A DNA stretch of 64,000 nucleotides from Scyliorhinus canicula (GCF_902713615.1 NW_024055457.1:62001-126000), one strand, 5' to 3'. Shown: positions 34,743 to 47,150, counted from the stretch's first letter. Notes: generated by a model from the letters alone, not told the origin. Program-made: numbers and translations.

Positions 34743-34908
34743 AAATTTTGCAGGGTTCTCTTCTGGGAACCTTCCCCCACCGGGAATCGTCGTTCCAGCG
34801 CCGTTAGGGGCCCTCCAATCGGCCCGAAAACACCTTCCTCGCAGGAGCAGCCAAACGTGCGACTTAGCTGGTCATAGCCGCAACCGGAAGTCCGATAGTT
34901 GGATTATT

Positions 34909-35600
34909 GAAAGACTTGATGGAGTTGTTGGATACCATTTTTTGGGTCTCAGGATAAAGCCTGACGTAATTCACTCCCCACAGGCTTGAGCTGCCTTTGA
35001 ACTTCATCGAAGCCTCGACGCTTCGTTTGTGTTGCTGCCGAAAGTCCTGAATCGTCCCTCTCTCCTGGAGCCAGACGCCACCTCACCGTACCCTCTCCAG
35101 GACATTCTGGCGATCTTTCCAGTTGTGGAAGTGAATGATTACAGGCCTGGGATGAAAACTATCCCTCAGCCTCAGAGACGGGATACGATACATCCTTTCT
35201 AATTTGAAACACCCAGGCTTCACATCCAGCTTGAGAAAACGTGGCTTCCGGTCCTCGAAGAACTAACGGGAGCCTTACCATCCACACCTTCTGACAGGCC
35301 ATCAACTCGGATGTTCTTTCTCCGACACTCGGTTCTCCAAATCCTCCAGGACCTCCGCCAGCCACTCGGCTGGTTTTCAAAGGATTGAATTCTTGCCTCC
35401 GTGAAGGAGGCATCTTGCTGAATGTTCAGGTTCTCTCCTCCGGATCATCGAGCCTCTTCCTGGTGTTTTGCAGCTGGGCCTCATGAGCTCACAGATATTG
35501 AGTCAGCACACTCAGCCTCTGGTCAGTAACACGGATAATGTCGGCAGTCATCATTTTCGCCACCTCTTGAGAGAGCCCCACAGAGCGCGGAATCGTGAGA
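34909..35600 (-). pseudogene. Older decayed L1 ORF1 into which the young L1 inserted (continues at ~28940-29042)
   Basis: Minus strand ENR/CRRKNIRVDGLSEGVDG at ~35281-35340; YPETQKMVSNNSIKSFNNPTIALAFVKSMK reads through the reconstituted TSD. Confidence 0.78.
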
Positions 35601-35849
35601 CCTCCTGAGGGTCAGGCCGCATTGTTGAAAAGGCGGCTTCATTCCCGCTGAATCCACCAGCGCTGTTTTATCAGCCATTTCTTCACTTTTTACAGCATAA
35701 TCCTTCCAGACCGAACCCTGAAGTCTTCCAGGGACATGATAACAAATATTAATTCAAGGATTAGGTAGACGAGTGCCAGGCAATCAGGATAAGTGACAGA
35801 TCATAGGTCAGTGGCACCAGAACCTGCGGAAAACAAGCTAATCCCATTC

Positions 35850-36095
35850 CGGTGGGAGGGATTTCTTCACTCGAGGATGTGGTGAAGCTTTGGAATTCTC
35901 TACCTCCGAGGATTCTGCAGCTTCAATCGTCAAGTATGTTCAAGACACAGATTGACAAGTTTCTAGATATTGATGATGTCGAGGGATATGGGGATAGTGT
36001 GGGAAAATGGTGCTGAGGTAGATCGGCTAAGGATCCCATTGAATGGTTCAGCTTCAATGGGCCGAATGGCCGACTGCAACTCATATTTGTTATGA
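35850..36095 (+). mobile_element. CR1 3' tail
   Basis: GGTGAAGCTTTGGAATTCTCTACC..TTCAAGACACAGATTGAC..ATTGAATGG..GGGCCGAATGGCC. Confidence 0.75.
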
Positions 36096-36654
36096 TCTCC
36101 TGGACAGGAAGCTGTGAGCTTGGATCTGTCAATCAACATGAATCAGCACCTTCAGGAGAATTGGGAGGGTGAATATTAGATACAGCAGTGTGAGAATGGA
36201 GGGAGATTGTGTGGGATGGAGATTTACAGCTCTCAGGGAATAAGAGAGAGGAAACAATGTGACATAGAAACCAGCATTGTCTGTTCTGAGTTTCAATCCT
36301 GTACTGACAGTGACGAATTTTGTAAATTGTTTCTTCCAGGATATTAGACAAGGAGGAATTACAGACAGAAATCTCAAATGTTACATCCCGATCTGACAGC
36401 CACTCCCTTCCTTGGAACCTGAATACCATCGGGCTTTCAATCTAGAAGGAGAAATGTTTACCCGAACTGTTAGCTAAACATTTCAACCATTAGTGCGACT
36501 GGAAAAGCACCGAGACAAACACAACACACACCCGAGTGAGAGAGTTCCAGTGAACTGACTGTGGAAAGAGCTTTAACCAGTTACACAGCCTGAAAAACAC
36601 AACCTTCAGAGTGAGGAGAGACCATACCCGTGTTGTGGATGAGGCTTCAACTGA

Positions 36655-37509
36655 TTGTCCAACCTGCAGAGACGTGAGGAGACCCAAAACATGGAGAAAC
36701 CGTGGAAATGTGGGGATTGTGGGAAGGGATTCAGAGTCCCATCTCAGCTGGAAATTCATCAACGCAGTCACACTGGGGAGAGGCCATTCACCTGCTCGAA
36801 GTGTGGGAAGGGATTTACTCAGTTCTCCAGTCTGCAGAAACATCAGCGAGTTCACACTGGGGAGAGGCCATTCACCTGCTCAAAGTGTGGGAAGGGATTT
36901 ACTCAGTTCTCCAGTCTGCAGACACATCAGCGAGTTCACACTGGGGAGAAGCCATTCACCTGCTCCCAGTGTGGGAAGGGATTTACTCAATTATATCACC
37001 TTCAGAGACACCTGCGAGTTCACACTGGAGAGAGGCCGTTCACCTGCTCTCAATGTGGGAAAGGATTTGCTGAAGTATCCAACCTGCAGTCACACCAGCG
37101 AGTTCACACTGGGGAGAGGCCATTCACCTGCTCTCAGTGTGGGAAAGGATTTACTCAATTATCTCACCTGCGGACACACCAGCGAGTTCACACTGGGGAG
37201 AGGCCGTTCACCTGCTCTCAATGTGGGAAAGGATTTGCTGAAGTATCCAACCTGCGGAGACACCAGCGAGTTCAGAATGGGGAGAGGCCATTCACCTGCT
37301 CTCGGTGTGGGAACGGATTCACTCGGTTATCTCACCTGCGGACACACCAGCGAGTTCACACTGGGGAGAGGCCATTGATCTGCTCTCAGTGTGGGAAAGG
37401 ATTTACTCGTTTATCCAACCTGCGGAGACACCAGCGAGTTCACACTGGGGAGACGCCGTTCACCTCTCAATGTGAGACGGGATTACATGTTTCATCAGAC
37501 CTGCTGTGA
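36655..37509 (+). CDS. C2H2 zinc-finger protein, 9 tandem fingers, no KRAB seen (likely ATG at 36691; acceptor at 36339)
   Basis: Nine CxxC..HxxxH units with TGERP/TGEKP linkers in an open frame; degenerate tenth unit. Confidence 0.88.
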   Translation: MSNLQRREETQNMEKPWKCGDCGKGFRVPSQLEIHQRSHTGERPFTCSKCGKGFTQFSSLQKHQRVHTGERPFTCSKCGKGFTQFSSLQTHQRVHTGEKPFTCSQCGKGFTQLYHLQRHLRVHTGERPFTCSQCGKGFAEVSNLQSHQRVHTGERPFTCSQCGKGFTQLSHLRTHQRVHTGERPFTCSQCGKGFAEVSNLRRHQRVQNGERPFTCSRCGNGFTRLSHLRTHQRVHTGERPLICSQCGKGFTRLSNLRRHQRVHTGETPFTSQCETGLHVSSDLL

Positions 37510-37984
37510 CACCAACAATTTCACAATTGATTACAGGGGTTGGATTCTGCTGTGTTTGTTTCTGCTCTACAGCCAGGACTGCATTTTGTTCATTCTGACA
37601 CGTGGTCAGTGGGGATGGTCGGAGGGTTTCTTTCTGCTGGACTGGCCGGTCTCACCACTTTGCCTCCAGTGGGCTGATGCTCTTTGAGCTTTGTTGCTAA
37701 TACCTGGTTTCAAATTGCACAAGGATCTCCGAGTGAAAGGGTGTTTGGTAGTGTGAAGATATTTAGTTTCCATTTCTGTTTCAAACCCTCCAAGCATGCC
37801 ATGTTGCCATGGAGATGGGCCCTGGTGGTTACCTGGTTCTTTTGTTTAAGTTATCTGGGTGTTCCTCACATAAGAAAACTATCAGGGTATGAGCGGCAAG
37901 TTGTCTGAGGTGGACTGGGAAACTGATTGGTACAGGGAATACCTAATATTTAAGAAATTATTACATATTTATCAGGGGGTCGGT

Positions 37985-38195
37985 CAGCTCAGTTGGCTGG
38001 ACGGCTGGTTGGTGATGCAGAGTGAGGCCAACAGTGAGGATTCAACTCCCGTATTGGCTGAGTTGATTCATGAAGGCCCGGCCTTCTCAACCAGGCCCCT
38101 CGCCTGAGGTGTGCTGACCCTCGGGTTAAATCACCTCCAGTCAGTTCTCTCTCTGTCAAAGGGGAGAGCAGCCTATGCTCCTCTGGGATTTTTGC
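37985..38195 (+). mobile_element. tRNA-derived SINE (same family as 15132)
   Basis: AGCTCAGTTGGCTGGACGGCTGGTT..GGATTCAACTCCCG..CGCCTGAGGTGTGCTGACCCTCGGGTTAAATCACC. Confidence 0.8.
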
Positions 38196-38224
38196 AACTT
38201 TTATTTCACATAAATACAACAAAT

Positions 38225-39785
38225 ATAGATTCCTTTAAAGAATAAAAATCCAACAGGAAAAGTGATGGAACCATGGCTAACAAGAAAAGTTAAATATTCA
38301 TGAGATCCATTAGAATTCAGCAAAGGAGGACCAAGAAACTGATGAGAGCAAACTGGTGAGAAACATAAAAACCGACTGGAAAAGCTTTGACAGGAATGTG
38401 AAAAGGAAAAGATTAGCAAAGACCAATGTGGGTCCATTCCAGGCAGAAACAGGAGAGTTTATAATGGGGAGTAAGGAAATGGCAGAGAAACTGAACAATG
38501 TGTGTCTGTCTTCACGGAGGAAGATGCAAAAATTTCCCCAAAACCCGAGAGACCCAAGGGGCTCGTGAGCACAAGGAACAGTAAGAGATGAGAATTAGTG
38601 AAAAAGTAGTACTGGAGAAATTAATGGGGTTGGAAGTGAATAAATCCCCAAAAGCTGATGATCCACATACCAGAGTGCTGAACGAGGTGGCTGTAGAGAT
38701 CTCTATTCCTCATTCTAAATTCTCCTGACTCTATCTGGAATGGACAAACTTTTCCTTTTTACGTACCTATAGAAACCTTTACCATCCATTTTTATGTAAT
38801 TTGCTGTTTCACATTCATATTCTATTCTCCCTCGCTTTCTCGGTGTCTTGGTCCTTTGCTCTATTATAAAATCGTCCCAATCCTCAGGTTTATTCCTATT
38901 TCTGATAACTTTATCAGCCTTTTCTTTCAATCTTTTACAAAACTTCACTTCCTCTGGTAGTCAGTTCTCTGACCTTTTGGGGTTCTTGTGCTCTGAAGGA
39001 AAGTAAACTGTGTAATAATTATTGAAAGTCTATCCATTGCCTGTGGACTGTCATATTTTAATGTATTTACCCCAATCCTCCTCAGCTAATTTGTCCCTTC
39101 AACCTTCATAACTTCCTTCAAGCTTAGTACCCTGGCTTCAGATTGGAATACCTCATATTCAATATTCTGGTCACTCATCCCTAAAGGTTGTTTTCAGCGC
39201 GATTATCAATTAGCCCTTTATCATTGCATCATACTAGATCTACAAGAGCCTGTTCTCTAGTCGGTTCCTCAACATATTGCTGTAGATAACTGTCCCTAAC
39301 GCACTCCAGAAACTTGCCCTCCACAGCATCAGTGTCCATTAAGTTTACCCAGTCTATATGCAGATTGAAGTCACCCGTTAATGTTTTACCCATGCTACAT
39401 CCTTCTCTAATCTCCGATTAATACCTTGTACCACACAACCCGTACTGTTTGGTGGCCTATAACAGCTCTTACCAATGTTTCCTGCCCCATGCTGTTCTTG
39501 TCTCCACCCAAACATATTCCACGTTTTGTATTCCTGATCTGAGATCCACCCTTACTAATGTTATGATGCTGTCCCTTATTATCTGAGCAACGCCACCTGC
39601 TTTTCCTTTTTGCCTGCATCATCAGCAAACTAAGTGGGCATACCTTTGGTACTGTCATCAAAGGCATTGATATAAATTGTAAAACGTTGAGGCTCCAGCA
39701 CTGATCCCTGTGACACATCACTCATTACGTCTTGCCAACCAGAAAATGGCCTATTTGTGCCTCCTCTCGGTTTTCTGGCAGCTGG
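38225..39785. mobile_element. Rearranged CR1 ORF2 fragments: + (38225-38700) and - (38700-39785)
   Basis: + strand KRKRLAKTNVGP..GEFIMG; - strand KGFYRYVKRK and a GVPQGSVL-type RT segment near 39700. Confidence 0.78.
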
Positions 39786-39957
39786 CTAATCTTTCACTGT
39801 GAAAGACAATTCTGGGATTCAAGGCTGCCTGACTGTGAAAAGAACGCAAGTAAATCCTGGGGAATGACTCATTACTTCGGACTGGTTCTGAGATAATTTA
39901 GTTTCTACTTGCAGGGCAAAGTAACTATAATCGTGCAGTTCGAATTTAGATTGCGTA

Positions 39958-40268
39958 ACTGTGGTATGGTAGCACAGTGGTTAGCACTGGTGCTTCACAG
40001 TGCCAGGGCGCCAGGTTCAATTCCCACTTGAGCCACTGTTGTACAGTCTGCATGTTCTCCCTGTGTCTGTGTGGGTTTCCTCCGGATGCTCCGGTTTCCT
40101 CCCACAAGTCCCGAAAGGTGTGCTTGTTAGATGAATTTGGCATCCGGAATTCTCCCTCTGTGTACTCAAACAGGTGCCGGACTGTGGCAACTAGGGGCTT
40201 TTCACAGTATCTTCATTGCAGTGTTAATGTCAGCCTACTTGTGACGATAATAAAGATTATTATTATTA
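39958..40268 (+). mobile_element. V-SINE, GTGACAATAAA-type tail with (ATT)n end
   Basis: GTAGCACAGTGGTTAGCAC, GGTTCAATTCCC, V-core and tail. Confidence 0.88.
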
Positions 40269-41689
40269 AAAAAGAGCAAAGTTCTATGTGTAGGTTAATG
40301 TACCTTTTAGTTTGTTGCATTAAAAGTCATAACACGTGAAGTCCCGCCGTGTGATTCTTTAATTTGTTGACTGGGAATTCAATTTTTTTTAAATAATTTG
40401 CTGACCTTTATGGAGGTCCTAATCCACAAATTCTGACTTCCCTCGTGCACCTGTCTGTCTCTATTGTTCGTGTCACTGACAGCCAGGTGATGGAGCTGAG
40501 GGCTGAATTTAGCTGAGAGTAAAGGAGCCTGTGCACGAATAGAGACAGGAAGGGCTGGAGGCCTGACTGGGAAATGGATCTCCAACTAATCAGGGGTGGG
40601 GGGGTTTCGGCGACCACAGTTTACATATAGAAAAATCCCGGAGTTCCCCTCAGGGAAGTGTGTGTAAAGGCCACAATGTTACAGAAATTCAGGTAAACAG
40701 GTTACAAGGGGAAAGAATATAATGGAAATGTTTGCACCGAGCACTAGAAAACTCTAAGGCTACAAAAGGAAGAACCTTATTGATTGTCATGATGGGGAAT
40801 GTAGACAGAGGGAGGCAACACAGAGAAGATCTGAATAACTTTAATAAACTTTATTCAACAGTAATGACACTTACACACATTAAAACAAAGGACCTACAAT
40901 ACAAACAGATTCTCAGAGGTCAGACTGAGGATAAGATTGGACATGAAGAGATAAATAATCCGAAAGGACAGACAATGTATATTCTCAACACTGAGCCAGA
41001 GGGTCAGGAGATGGACTAAATACAAAGACATTCTTAAGTTTTTAAGAGAGGAGATATTCAGTTCTAAACCATGAGAAAAGTAGTGGTAATATCACACAGA
41101 CTGACTAAAGAGCATGACATCATTTACCAAATGAATTAATGGGTTCATGTGTTCCACTTTGATAAATAAATAACCAGAGTGTGTTGACAAGTTAAGAACA
41201 CGTACTAAAGCCAAAAAGGATCGATACACAAAAGCTCGGTGTTCCTGAGCAGATTGATCAGATTAGAATAACGTGCTCACTGATCTTTCTGATGAGACCT
41301 CCCGTCAGTATCCAGTAATCTCACGGTCTCTGTCTGGAATGGGTTATGTGATAGAAATAAAAACATTGAACCAATGTCTCATTGTTTCTTAGTTTCCGAG
41401 CTCGTATTAAGTGTTATGGATAATTCGGTAAAAACACATGGTATATTTAGATTTTCGGGAGCAACACTGTAACCATTTGAAATGAAATCCAGGATCTCTG
41501 ATCAATATGAATTCCATTATCAGAAACTGTGTTTCCAGGCAGCACACACACACCCTCTGTGCAGTGTGAACTCACTGAGGAGTCAAAGGTTTAAATGACT
41601 GAGTGAATCTCTTCCCACTCAGATCAGATGAACAGTCTCAGCCCAGTGTGAACTTTCATCAGGTCAGTTGAAACATTTCCACACATAAA

Positions 41690-42305
41690 GTGAATGACTG
41701 TCGAACAGCAAACTGTGTGACTGAGTGAATCCCTACACACACACACAGGGCAAGTGAATGACTGTCGAACAGCAAACTGTGTGAATCCCAACACACACAC
41801 ACAGGGCAAGTGAATGACTGTCGAACAGCAGACTGTGTGACTGAGAGAATCCCTACACACACAGACAGGGCAAGTGAATGACTGTCCAACAGCAGACTGA
41901 GTGAATCCCTACACACACACACAGGGCACGTGAATGACTGTCCAACAGCAGACTGTGTGACTGAGTGAATCCCTATACACACGCAGGGCAAGTGAATGAC
42001 TGTCGAACAGCAGACTGTGTGACTGAGTGAATCCCGACACACACACACACGGCAAGTGAATGACTGTCGAAGAGCAGACTGACTGAGTGAATCCCTACAC
42101 ACACACACAGGGCAAGTGAATTACTGTCCAACAGCAGACTGTGTGACTGAGTGAATCCCTATACACACAGCAAGCGAATGACTGTCCAACAGCAGACTGT
42201 GACAGTGAATCCCTGCACACACACACAGACACACACACACACGGCAAGTGAATGACTGTCCAACAGCAGACTGTGTGACTGTGATAATCCCTACACACAC
42301 AGACA
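41690..42305 (-). repeat. ~60-bp minisatellite (~10 copies) derived from a zinc-finger coding unit
   Basis: Minus-strand unit GGATTCACTCAGTCACACAGTCTGCTG-TTCGACAG-TCATTCACTTGCCCTGTGTGT matches GFTQSxxLL and FTCxxC finger codons. Confidence 0.85.
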
Positions 42306-43472
42306 CATAGAGCAGATGGTTGGCCTCTCCCCAGTATGAATACACTGGTGTCTCAGAAGGATGTATGTCTAATTGACTCTCCTCCCACACTCGGAGCATG
42401 GGATGGCCTCTTCCCAGAGTGAGTGCAATGGTGAACTGTGAGGTGAGATGTTTGCCTGAATCCAGTCCCACAGTGAGAGCGCCTGAACTCACTCACATCC
42501 GTGAACACGTCAATGGGAGATAAAGTTCCTCGGAAAGTTTACAGCACTTCCCGCAGTCTGGACATTTAATAGGTCACTCATCAGTGTGAACTGCCTGATG
42601 TCTCACCAGGTTGGACAAGTGAACTAATCCCATCCTACACTTGGAACAGGTGAATGGCATCTCCCCAGTGTGAAGTCGCTGGTGGATCAGCAGGTAGGAT
42701 GAATGAGTGAATTGTTTTCCACACATAGAACAACTGAATGGTTTCTCCCCAGTGTGAACTCGCTGGTGTATCCGCAGTTGGGATGACTGACTAAATCTTT
42801 TCTCACATTCAGAGCAGGTGAATGGACTCTTGGCAGTGTGACTGTGATGTACAGTGGGGTCAGATGAACGCCTAAATCTACTGTCACAGTGAGAGCACTT
42901 GAACCGTATCTCAGCAGTGTGAACAAGTTGGTGGGATATCAGGGCTCCAGTGGGCAGCACGGTAGCATAATGGCTACCACTATGGCTTCACAGCACCAGG
43001 ATCCCAGGTTCGATTCCCAGCTTGGGTCACTGTCTGTGCGGAGTCTGCACGTTCTCCCCATGTCTGCGTGGGTTTCCTCCGGGTGCTCCGGTTTCCGCCC
43101 ACAAGTCCTATTAGGTACTTTGGACAGTCTGAATTCTCCCTCATTATACCCGACCAGGCGCTGGAATGTAGCGACTACGGGCTTTTCACAGTAACTTCAT
43201 TGCAGTGTTAATGTAAGCCCACTTGTGACAATAAAGGTTATTTAAAACTTGCCACAATCTGGACATTTAAAAGATCTCATCAAGTGTGAACCTTCTGGTG
43301 TGTCAGCAAGTGTGATGAACAAGTGAATCCCTTCCCACACTCACAGCAGGTGAACGGCCTCTCTCAGTGTGAGTGCCCTGATGTACAGTGAGGTCAGATG
43401 ATCGTTTGAACCCAGTCCCAATGGGAGAGCAGCTGAATGGTCCTTCATCAGTGTGAATACGTTGATGGGACT
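42305..43472 (-). pseudogene. Disrupted 3' part of the zinc-finger array, interrupted by a SINE
   Basis: Finger codons ([34 protein letters not shown]) continue with stops and frameshifts. Confidence 0.85.
42952..43242 (+). mobile_element. V-SINE inserted inside a zinc finger
   Basis: GGGCAGCACGGTAGC head, GGTTCGATTCCC, V-core, GTGACAATAAAGG tail; splits CPDCGKF from SGALISHQ. Confidence 0.9.
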
Positions 43473-44153
43473 TCAGTTCCCAGGAGCTTCGACAGTACTT
43501 CTCACAGTCCAGGCATTTAACGGTCTCTCATCAGTGTGAATCCGCTGGTGTCTCAGCAGGTTGGATGACTGAGTGAATCCTTTCCCACAATGAGGGCAGG
43601 TGAATGGCTTCTCTCTGGTGTGAATTCTCTGGTGAACCAGCATAGCTGATGCACAAGTGAACCCCTTCCCACACTTGGAGCAAGTGAATGGCTTCTCCCC
43701 AGTGTGAATCCGTTGGTGTGTCCGCAGTTGGGATGGGGTAATAAATCCTTTCATACAGTTAGAGCAGGTGAATGGTCTCTCCCCGGTGTGAACTCGCTGG
43801 TGTTGAGTGAGGTTAAATGATCGCCTGAACCCAGTCCCACAGTGAGAGCATCTGAACGGTTTCTCGTCAGTGTGAACACGTTGATGGGACTTGAGATCCC
43901 CAGAACTTTTATAGCACTTCCCGCAGTCTGGGCATTGGAACGGCCTCTCATCTGTGTGAATCCGCTGGTGTCTCAGCAGGTTGGATGACTGAATGAATCC
44001 TTTCCCACACTGAGAGCAGGTGAACGGTCTCTCCCCAGTGTGACTGCGCTGATGTTTTAACAGGTCAGATGATTGTCTGAATCCTCGTCCACACACAGAA
44101 CACGTGAACGGTTTCTCCTCACTGTGAACGGTGCTTTTCTCTTCCATGTTCAA
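43473..44153 (-). CDS. C2H2 zinc-finger ORF, 7 intact fingers then a frameshift (truncated gene or pseudogene)
   Basis: [25 protein letters not shown]...; CCGTTAAATGC lacks one T relative to PFKC, so the frame ends early. Confidence 0.8.
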   Translation of the reverse strand: MNMEEKSTVHSEEKPFTCSVCGRGFRQSSDLLKHQRSHTGERPFTCSQCGKGFIQSSNLLRHQRIHTDERPFQCPDCGKCYKSSGDLKSHQRVHTDEKPFRCSHCGTGFRRSFNLTQHQRVHTGERPFTCSNCMKGFITPSQLRTHQRIHTGEKPFTCSKCGKGFTCASAMLVHQRIHTREKPFTCPHCGKGFTQSSNLLRHQRIHTDERPLNAWTVRSTVEAPGN

Positions 44154-45248
44154 AATCTGATGATATTCAGGTGATGATAAATTGGCGACTTTTCCAATGT
44201 CCTGTCAAACTGATTTAAAACAGAAAAAAGGGAGTGAAAGAGAACCCACATAAACACAAAGAGAGAGAGCGACGTGGAGCAGCAGGGTTGAAGGGGATGA
44301 AGTTTATACAGCTACAACTCGACAAAAGTCTGCCAACCATCAACATGAACCACCCAAAAGGACTGGGATAGCAGGTATATATTAATAATAATAATCTTCC
44401 ATATTGAACATCGTCATCTTGTGTTTCCCCTCCAGGTAACATACCGTCCTGACTAATCAGATATCCAGTACTGGATAAGCAGAAATTTCCTCTCTCAATT
44501 TAATTATTGACAAGACTGAAGCCTTGTCTTCAGTCCCAGCTATAAACTCCACTCCCTCACCAGTGGCTCCATCCCTCTCCCTGGGAACTGTCTGAATCAG
44601 ACGGTTCACAACCTCAGTGTCACCTAAATATGGGTTTCCAACCACATCATAACCAAAACCGTTTATTTCCACCTCAGTGCTCGTCTCTCTCTCGCTGTGT
44701 AATCTCCTCTCTGCCCTTGACTCGCTCTCTCTCTCTCTTATCTCCCCCCTGCTCATCTTTCTCTTGTTAGTGAAAGGGCAGGGAAGTGGAAGAAGCTAAT
44801 TTGCTCTTTCAGAGAGCTAGCACAGGAAAGGCAGGCTGAATGGCCCCGGCCCCTGTCTGTATTGTAATCACTCAATGATTCAATGAAACAAGACTTACAC
44901 TGGAGGCGATGGACCAGATTCTTCCTCCGGACCCACCCTGCTACAAACTGGCTCTTAATTGGTCTGTCTGTGTTTCCATGAGCGACGCTTGCAATAAAAA
45001 AATCAAAATACTGCAGTTGCTGGAAAGCTGAAATAAAAAGTGGAAATGCTGGAAAACACTCAGCAGGATCTGTGGGGAGGGAAACAGATTTCACATTTTC
45101 ACTTTGTGCAGAATGAACTGCAGGGAACAAAAATGGTCAATATAAGCTCAGAAGTGGAAGAGAAATGCATTATGCCACAGGAAAAGCAATTCCTGACTCT
45201 GAAAGGTGCAGTGAGATGGTCGGGGGATGAGCAGTGATGGAAACCTCA

Positions 45249-45450
45249 TGAAAAATGAAAATGAAAATCGCTTATTGTCACGAGTAGGCTTCAATGAAGT
45301 TACTGTGAAAAGCCCCTAGTCGCCACATTCCGGCGCCTGTCCGGGGAGGCTGGTACGGGAATCGAACCGTGCTGTTGGCCTGCTTGGTCTGCTTTAAAAG
45401 CCAGCGATTTAGCTGAGTGAGCTAAACCAGCCCCTAGCTAAACCAGCCCC
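45249..45450 (-). mobile_element. Short tRNA-like SINE with a duplicated 5' 14-mer
   Basis: Family of 61671; GCTAAACCAGCCCC occurs twice at 45421-45450. Confidence 0.88.
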
Positions 45451-45499
45451 TGGTTTAGACATTTAGACATGGTCGATGGAAGTAACAATAACATTTAAA

Positions 45500-46090
45500 A
45501 AAAATTAATGTCCAGGATGCTGGTTAGGCCAGCATTTATTGTCCATCCTTAGATGCCCTTCAGAAGGTGGTGCTGAGTTGCCTTCTTGAACTGCTGCAGT
45601 CCTGGGCGTGTAGGTACATGCACTGTGCTGTTAGGGAGGGAGTTCCAGGATGTTGCCCCAGCGACAGGAGGAGCGGCGATATATTCCCAGCTCAGGGCGG
45701 TGAGTGACTTGGAGGGAAGCCTCCAGGTGGTGGGGTTCCCAGGTATCTGCTGCTCTTGTCCTTCTAGATGGTAGTGGTCATGGGTTTGGAATGTGTTGTC
45801 TAAGGAACCTTGGTGAGTTACTGCAGTGCATCTTGTAGATGGTACACACGGCTGCCACTGTTAGTCGGTGCTGGAGGGTTTTAATGTTTGTGGAAGGGGG
45901 GCAATCAAGCGGGCTGCTTTGTCCTGGATGGTGTTGAGCTTCTTTAGTGTTGTTAGAACTGCACTCATGCAGGCAAGTGGAGAGTATTCCATTACAGTCC
46001 TGACTTGTGCCTTACAGATGATGGACAGGCTTTGAGGGGAGTCAGGTGGTGAATTACTCGCCGCAGGATTCCTGGCCTTTGACCTGGCAG
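45500..46090 (-). mobile_element. CR1/L2-type LINE 3' fragment
   Basis: KAQVRTVMEYSPLA..LNTIQDKAARLI; tail homologous to 9780-9890. Confidence 0.85.
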
Positions 46091-46614
46091 CCACATTATG
46101 AATGTGGCTAGTCCAGTTCAGTTTCTGATCAATGGAACCATGCTAAATATATTTAAAATATGTTAAAACTCATTCATTACTGGAGACAGAGAACAATGGT
46201 GGAAGGTGATTCGGGAGAGCAGGGGTAAAGCAGATGGAGATGGATTCAGGCCCAGAGTAAATAACAGACCCACAAATCTTTGGAGGCGTGGGGCACGATG
46301 TCCCAGGAGGGAGAGAGAGATCCAGAGAGCAGAATTCACTTCTTTTCCTTGACTTCTCTATTTATCATCTGGGTCCCTGCAAATCAGGGAAATGGACGGT
46401 CAAATTCCCAAGATCAAAGACTAATCCAGTTTGATGGACAGGTTTTCTCCATTCTGAACAATGGGGAACAACCTCCTCCCAGTCATTCAAAATGTTGCCC
46501 TTACACAGATGGCGGCCGGACATGCACCTTGCTGCATCTTGCCCACCAGAAAGATTGAGGCTCCAGTCGTCGGCTAAACGGCCTTCAAGACACAGGACAA
46601 CAAGGGCAGCATGA

Positions 46615-46795
46615 CAAGCAGTTAGCACTGGGACTGCAGCGCTGAGGACCAGGTTCAAATCATGGCCCTGGGTCACTGTCCTTGTGGAGTTTGCACATTC
46701 TCCCCGTGTCTACATGGGTTTCAGCCCACAACCCAAAGATGTGCAGGTTAGGTGGATTGGCCAGGCTAAATTGCCCCTTAATTGGGAAAATTGGG
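46615..46795 (+). mobile_element. V-SINE, short-tail variant
   Basis: GTTAGCACTG, GGTTCAAATC, CAAAGATGTGCAGGTTAGGTGGATTGGCC, TTGCCCCTTAATTGG. Confidence 0.82.
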
Positions 46796-47150
46796 GGTGG
46801 GGGAGAGGGGGTGGGGGAGGGAGGGAGGGGGTGGGGGAGGGGGGGAGGGAGGGGTGGGGGAGGGAGGGAGGGGGGGAGGGAGGGGGGGGGGGGGAGGGAG
46901 GGAGGGGGGAGGGAGGGAGGAGGGAGGGGGTGGGGGGGAGGGGGGGGGGGGTGGGGGAGGGGGGAGGGAGGGAGGGGGGTGGGGGAGGGAGGGAGGGGGT
47001 GGGGGAGGGGGGGGGAGGGAGGGGGGGAGGGAGGGGGTGGGAGAGAGGGGGTGGAGGGAGGGGGTGGGGGAGGGAGGGGGTGGGGGAGGGGGTGGGGGAG
47101 GGAGGGGGTGGAGGGGGTGGGTGGGGGGGAGGGAGTGGGGAGGGAGGGAG
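46793..47150 (+). repeat. ~360-bp G-tract array (GGGGGA/GGGAGGGA/GGGGT)
   Basis: No C on the + strand across the tract; dozens of G3-G12 runs. Confidence 0.9.

Larger units (their letters stand above)
29043..34892 (-). mobile_element. Full-length (~5.85 kb) L1-clade LINE with 16-bp TSD
   Basis: TSD CGATAGTTGGATTATT at 29027-29042 and 34893-34908; poly(A) at the left end; 5' end GACTTCCGGTTGCGG; ORF1 and ORF2 present. Confidence 0.96.

Noticed and set aside
29450-34989. Many + strand and alternate-frame ORFs over the L1
   Set aside because: Antisense or shadow frames of a GC-rich element; no recognisable domains
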